Origin: Acidimicrobiia bacterium
GTDB taxonomy: Bacteria; Actinomycetota; Acidimicrobiia; IMCC26256; JAENVU01
Assembly: GCA_016650415.1 (NCBI GenBank)
Contig: JAENVU010000469.1
Coordinates: 1-34,894, forward strand
Direction: 5' to 3'
Length of the DNA stretch: 34,894 nucleotides
Under the pieces are notes generated by a model, which made no database searches, was not told where the DNA came from, and worked only from the letters and a program-made list of their open reading frames with translations. Both the position numbers and the translations under genes were made by a program. Positions 31,801 to 34,894 of the stretch are shown piece by piece. The stretch's first letter is position 1. Every line of letters begins with the position of its first letter.

Positions 31801-31814
31801 GATCCGCTCAGGTT

Positions 31815-31843
31815 AGAGGGCGCCGGGGCCGAACCCCGCCTCT
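31815..31843 (-). other. GC-rich stem-loop between the pilus module and aroC
   Basis: The minus-strand RNA is AGAGG-CGGGG-UUCGG-CCCCG-(GCG)-CCUCU, with no U-tract. It could be an mRNA processing or stability element, or a weak terminator. Confidence 0.25.
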
Positions 31844-31849
31844 TACGGG

Positions 31850-32443
31850 CTACTTGATGACTTGTTCGCCGACGCAGAGCGAGAAGGGCGAGTCCGCGTA
31901 TTGCAGGTTCACGCACCGGTCGCTGGCGAAGGAGATCAGCTTGTAGTTGGTGGCGAAGGTCCCACCTGCGGTCACGGGGTACTCGGCCCCGCCGACCTTG
32001 ATCCGCGCGGTCTGGACGCCGTTGGTGTCGACGTACACGTCGATCAACGCCACGTCGGTCGTCCCACCCGGGTTCTGGAGGGGTGACGTCGTCGGTGTGG
32101 TCGAGATGGTGCCCGGGCTGGCGGTCGTCGTGGGTGTCGTGCTCACCGTGGACGGGGTCGTGTTGGTCGGCGTGACCTGGCCGATGGGCTCGAACGGGTC
32201 CCGCAGGCTGAGCTCGGCGAAGCTGCCGTTGGGGACGGAAGGCTCGAGCGGCGCGGTGGTCGTGGTCGAACCCGCGATCTGGCTCGACGCTCCCGGCGAC
32301 GGAGCAACCGCCGCGGGCGTCCCGTCGTCGCGCAGGAAGACTTGGTAGACGATCAGGACCGCAAGGATGGCACCGACGACGCCGACGCCAACGCCCATCG
32401 AGCGCTGTTGACGTTCACGTCGCTCTCGTCGTGACCTAGCCAT
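31850..32443 (-). CDS. membrane-anchored PilP-like pilus alignment protein with Thr/Pro-rich linker
   Basis: 197 aa. It has an Arg-rich N-terminus plus one TM helix (GVGVGVVGAILAVLIVYQVF), an LSLRDPFEP motif (R-x-P-F as in PilP), a TPTNTTPSTVSTTPTTTASPGTISTTPTTSP linker, and a C-terminal beta domain VALIDVYVDTNGVQTARIKVGGAEYPVTAGGTF...YKLISF that resembles the PilP/GspC HR-domain pattern. It lies directly after pilO with a 1-nt overlap. Confidence 0.55.
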   Translation of the reverse strand: MARSRRERRERQQRSMGVGVGVVGAILAVLIVYQVFLRDDGTPAAVAPSPGASSQIAGSTTTTAPLEPSVPNGSFAELSLRDPFEPIGQVTPTNTTPSTVSTTPTTTASPGTISTTPTTSPLQNPGGTTDVALIDVYVDTNGVQTARIKVGGAEYPVTAGGTFATNYKLISFASDRCVNLQYADSPFSLCVGEQVIK

Positions 32444-33108
32444 CAGGTCCCTCCTGTGGTCGAAGATGACGGCGCGGTCGACGAGGACGTCGCACCGCCC
32501 GCCGCGGTCGTCGTCGTGGTCGACGCGTCCGGCGCCGGGACAGTACCCGGCGCAGCCGTCGCCGCGGCACGCGTGAACATCCGAGCCGTCAGGGTGACGC
32601 TCAGGGTCGTTCCGGTGCTCGCACCGGTCGAGTCCGTCCCGCCACCGGCCGACACATTGATGGCGTCGACGATCACCAGCCGGTCGAGGTTCTCCAGCTG
32701 GGTGAGGTAGTTCTTCACCTGGAAGAAGCTGCCTTGGATGCTGATGGCGAGACCGATCGTGCTGGTCGTCCCGGCCGAAACGGGTGGGCTCGGCGAGATC
32801 GACTGGAACTCGATTCCCGCGTCGTCGGCGATCTGGTTCGCCTGCACGATGAACTCCGCCTCGTCGGGCAGCTTCGGGATCGCCTGGTCGAACTTGTTGA
32901 GCAAGGCCTGTTGCCTCGACGCGTTCTTGGCCACCGACTGAAGCTGCGCGAGCGTGCTCCTGAGCCCGGGTGTTTTCGCCTGCTCTTCACTGACCTGGGT
33001 CTGGGCCGCACTGAGGTCGTCGGCCTTCGGGCTGTAGATCGCGAAATACCACAGCACGATGACCGCCACGAACGCGGCACCGATCCCGATCAGGACGTTG
33101 CGCTTCAT
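32443..33108 (-). CDS. pilO: type IV pilus assembly protein PilO
   Basis: 221 aa. It has an N-terminal TM helix, a coiled-coil segment, then a ferredoxin-like domain (LPDEAEFIVQANQIADDAGIEFQSISP...ISIQGSFFQVKNYLTQLENLDRLVIV) and a Ser/Thr-rich tail. There is an ATGA overlap with the upstream gene. Confidence 0.75.
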   Translation of the reverse strand: MKRNVLIGIGAAFVAVIVLWYFAIYSPKADDLSAAQTQVSEEQAKTPGLRSTLAQLQSVAKNASRQQALLNKFDQAIPKLPDEAEFIVQANQIADDAGIEFQSISPSPPVSAGTTSTIGLAISIQGSFFQVKNYLTQLENLDRLVIVDAINVSAGGGTDSTGASTGTTLSVTLTARMFTRAAATAAPGTVPAPDASTTTTTAAGGATSSSTAPSSSTTGGT

Positions 33109-34847
33109 GGCTGCACCTTGTAGTCATCGGCCCGGGTCGATTTCGCCTGGTCAGTGATATTGGCGGTCGAACTGAACGTGACGTTCGTCGAACTCGTCCC
33201 GGTACTGTCGGCCGGCCCCGACGACCGTGATGCGGTCGGCACCCAGAGGTCGCTGAACGAGGGGATGTCCGACCCGATGCGTTGGATCCATGCCGCGACC
33301 GAGTCGTAGTCGCGACCCTGACCGGCGAAGTTCGCGGTTCCGAGAATCGAGCCCGTCGTTCCGGGTGCGCCCGGCGCAACCGGTGCTGCCCCCGGCGCGA
33401 CGGCGCCTCCCACCGTGATGGTTCCCTGCAGCGAGGTCAGCCAGACGTCGGTGGGGATCGTGCGGGAGATGGCCTGCAGCATTGACGACCACGACACATC
33501 GTTGGCCAGCAGCGTCTGCGTCTCGGCCGACAGGCTCTCGATGTCGGTCTGGCGTTGCTTGACGTCCGAGAGGGCATCGATCTGACTCTGCAGCTTCGCG
33601 TTCTGTTGCGTTGCCTCGGCCAGTTTCGACTTCTCGTCGTCGACCTGCGACGCCTTCAGATAGGTCAGTCCGGCGAGCAGCGCAAGGAGTGCGGCACCGG
33701 CGACGGCACCGACCTTGATCAGCTGGTTCTTGTCGATCGGCTCCTTGTGATCGCCGCCGAGCAGATCGATGCGCTTGCCGGTCATCAATCCACCGAGCGC
33801 GAGTCCGACCGGCACCGGGAGGAACGGATCGAGCAACGGCAGTTGATCCTCGGGGAATCCGATGTCGCCGACGCCGATGTGTTCGCGGGGTCGGGCCAGG
33901 TCGACCGGGACACCGACGGTGTCGACGAGCTGATCGGCCAGCCCCGGGGTCAGCGAGCCGCCACCGGTGAGCGTGACGCGGAGGAGCCGAATCGCGTCGG
34001 ACTGCGTGCGGTAGTAGTCGAGTGAACCGCGGATCTGTTCGACGAGTTCGTTGATCGGGCGCACCATGGCGGTACGTGCCCGGGCAACGAGATCGGCCGG
34101 AGCGGTCTCGCCGTTGCGCTTGACCGCCTCGGCTTGTTCGGTCGTGAGCTCGAGATCACGCGCGATCGCGTCGGTCACCGAGCGACCGCCGGATCCGAGG
34201 ATACGAACGAAGCGCGGCACGCCGAGTTCGTGAACGACCACGACGGTCACGCCGCCGCCGACACTCACGACGGCTTCGACACCACCGCCATTGTCAGAAA
34301 CTCGGCGGCCGACCGACCGGACCAGCGCGAGCGGGACCAGATCGACCGAAGCGACCGAGAGCCCGGCGGCGCGCACGGCCCCGGTGAGATTGCGGATGAG
34401 ATCCTTGTGCGCGGCGGCGAGCAGGACACGGCTCATCGGCTGCGGTGGCGGACCATCGCCGACCGCCTCGGGAATCGGCAGCGCTTCGAGAATCTGGAAA
34501 TCGAGGACGGCGTCTTCGAGTGGGATCGGGATCAACTCTTGAGCCTGGAACTGCAGGGCACCGGCGAGTTCGTCGTCCGACATCGTCGGAAGATCGACGG
34601 TCCGCACGAGCACCCGCGGGGTCGCGACGCCCACGCGCACGGGCGCCTTCTTCAGGCTGAGCTCACTCCACAAACGCGAGATCGCCGCCGTGACAGCGGC
34701 GGGATCGACGACTTCGCCGTCTCGCATCGCACCGACCGGCAATGCGACCTGGCCAAAGCTGACCAGGCGCGGTGGGTCCCCCGGTTCGAGTTCGGCGACC
34801 CGCACTGCATTGGTGCCGATGTCCAGACCGATCAGGCGACGGGCCAT
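33105..34847 (-). CDS. pilM: PilM-PilN fusion protein (actin-like ATPase domain + TM + PilN periplasmic domain)
   Basis: 580 aa. Residues 1 to about 355 are PilM-like (LIGLDIGTNAVRVAEL, two actin-fold halves). They are followed by KRIDLLGG (compare the INLLP motif at the PilN N-terminus), a TM helix VGAVAGAALLALLAGLTYL, a coiled coil and a PilN-like core (VWLTSL). The SD GGAAGGAGG lies 9 nt before the ATG. Confidence 0.8.
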   Translation of the reverse strand: MARRLIGLDIGTNAVRVAELEPGDPPRLVSFGQVALPVGAMRDGEVVDPAAVTAAISRLWSELSLKKAPVRVGVATPRVLVRTVDLPTMSDDELAGALQFQAQELIPIPLEDAVLDFQILEALPIPEAVGDGPPPQPMSRVLLAAAHKDLIRNLTGAVRAAGLSVASVDLVPLALVRSVGRRVSDNGGGVEAVVSVGGGVTVVVVHELGVPRFVRILGSGGRSVTDAIARDLELTTEQAEAVKRNGETAPADLVARARTAMVRPINELVEQIRGSLDYYRTQSDAIRLLRVTLTGGGSLTPGLADQLVDTVGVPVDLARPREHIGVGDIGFPEDQLPLLDPFLPVPVGLALGGLMTGKRIDLLGGDHKEPIDKNQLIKVGAVAGAALLALLAGLTYLKASQVDDEKSKLAEATQQNAKLQSQIDALSDVKQRQTDIESLSAETQTLLANDVSWSSMLQAISRTIPTDVWLTSLQGTITVGGAVAPGAAPVAPGAPGTTGSILGTANFAGQGRDYDSVAAWIQRIGSDIPSFSDLWVPTASRSSGPADSTGTSSTNVTFSSTANITDQAKSTRADDYKVQP

Positions 34848-34894
34848 TGATCCGGACCTCCTTCCAGAGTTGTGACGACGCGCTCGTCGAGGTA

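Overview
High-GC (about 70%) actinobacterial chromosome backbone. The gene order matches the conserved Streptomyces/Mycobacterium-type arrangement; a deeper lineage such as Acidimicrobiia is possible but cannot be decided from the sequence. I call 39 protein genes, and 38 of them are on the minus strand. In transcription order (high to low coordinates) they are: a type IV pilus alignment module (pilM-pilN fusion, pilO, pilP-like); aroC-aroK-aroB-aroQ; pepQ-efp-nusB; clpS-DUF2017-PPOX; one plus-strand YjbR-like gene; pyrR-pyrB-pyrC-carA-carB-pyrD-pyrF; mihF-gmk-rpoZ-coaBC-metK-priA; a Cys-type arylsulfatase; def-fmt-rsmB-rpe; moaB and a GNAT gene; then an FMN riboswitch leading ribD-ribE-ribBA-ribH (ribH runs off the window). 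Sixteen gene junctions have overlapping stop/start codons. I found no mobile elements, CRISPR arrays, tRNA/rRNA genes or recognisable defence systems, so this is essentially a housekeeping region. The observations worth a second look are mostly regulatory or concern annotation. (1) An 86-nt intercistronic cassette is duplicated almost identically between pyrR|pyrB and pyrB|pyrC. (2) A terminator-like GC hairpin plus U-tract lies inside the nominal 5' end of pyrR, which suggests a leader/attenuator and a shorter PyrR. (3) PyrC has a Q-x-H in place of the H-x-H metal motif. (4) gmk has no canonical start codon and sits in frame 3 codons after the mihF stop. (5) PriA lacks the Walker A and DEAH motifs. 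(6) The pilus module combines a covalent PilM-PilN fusion with a membrane-anchored PilP-like protein and no secretin gene follows it in the window. All functional calls come from reading motifs in the supplied translations; no database search was run.
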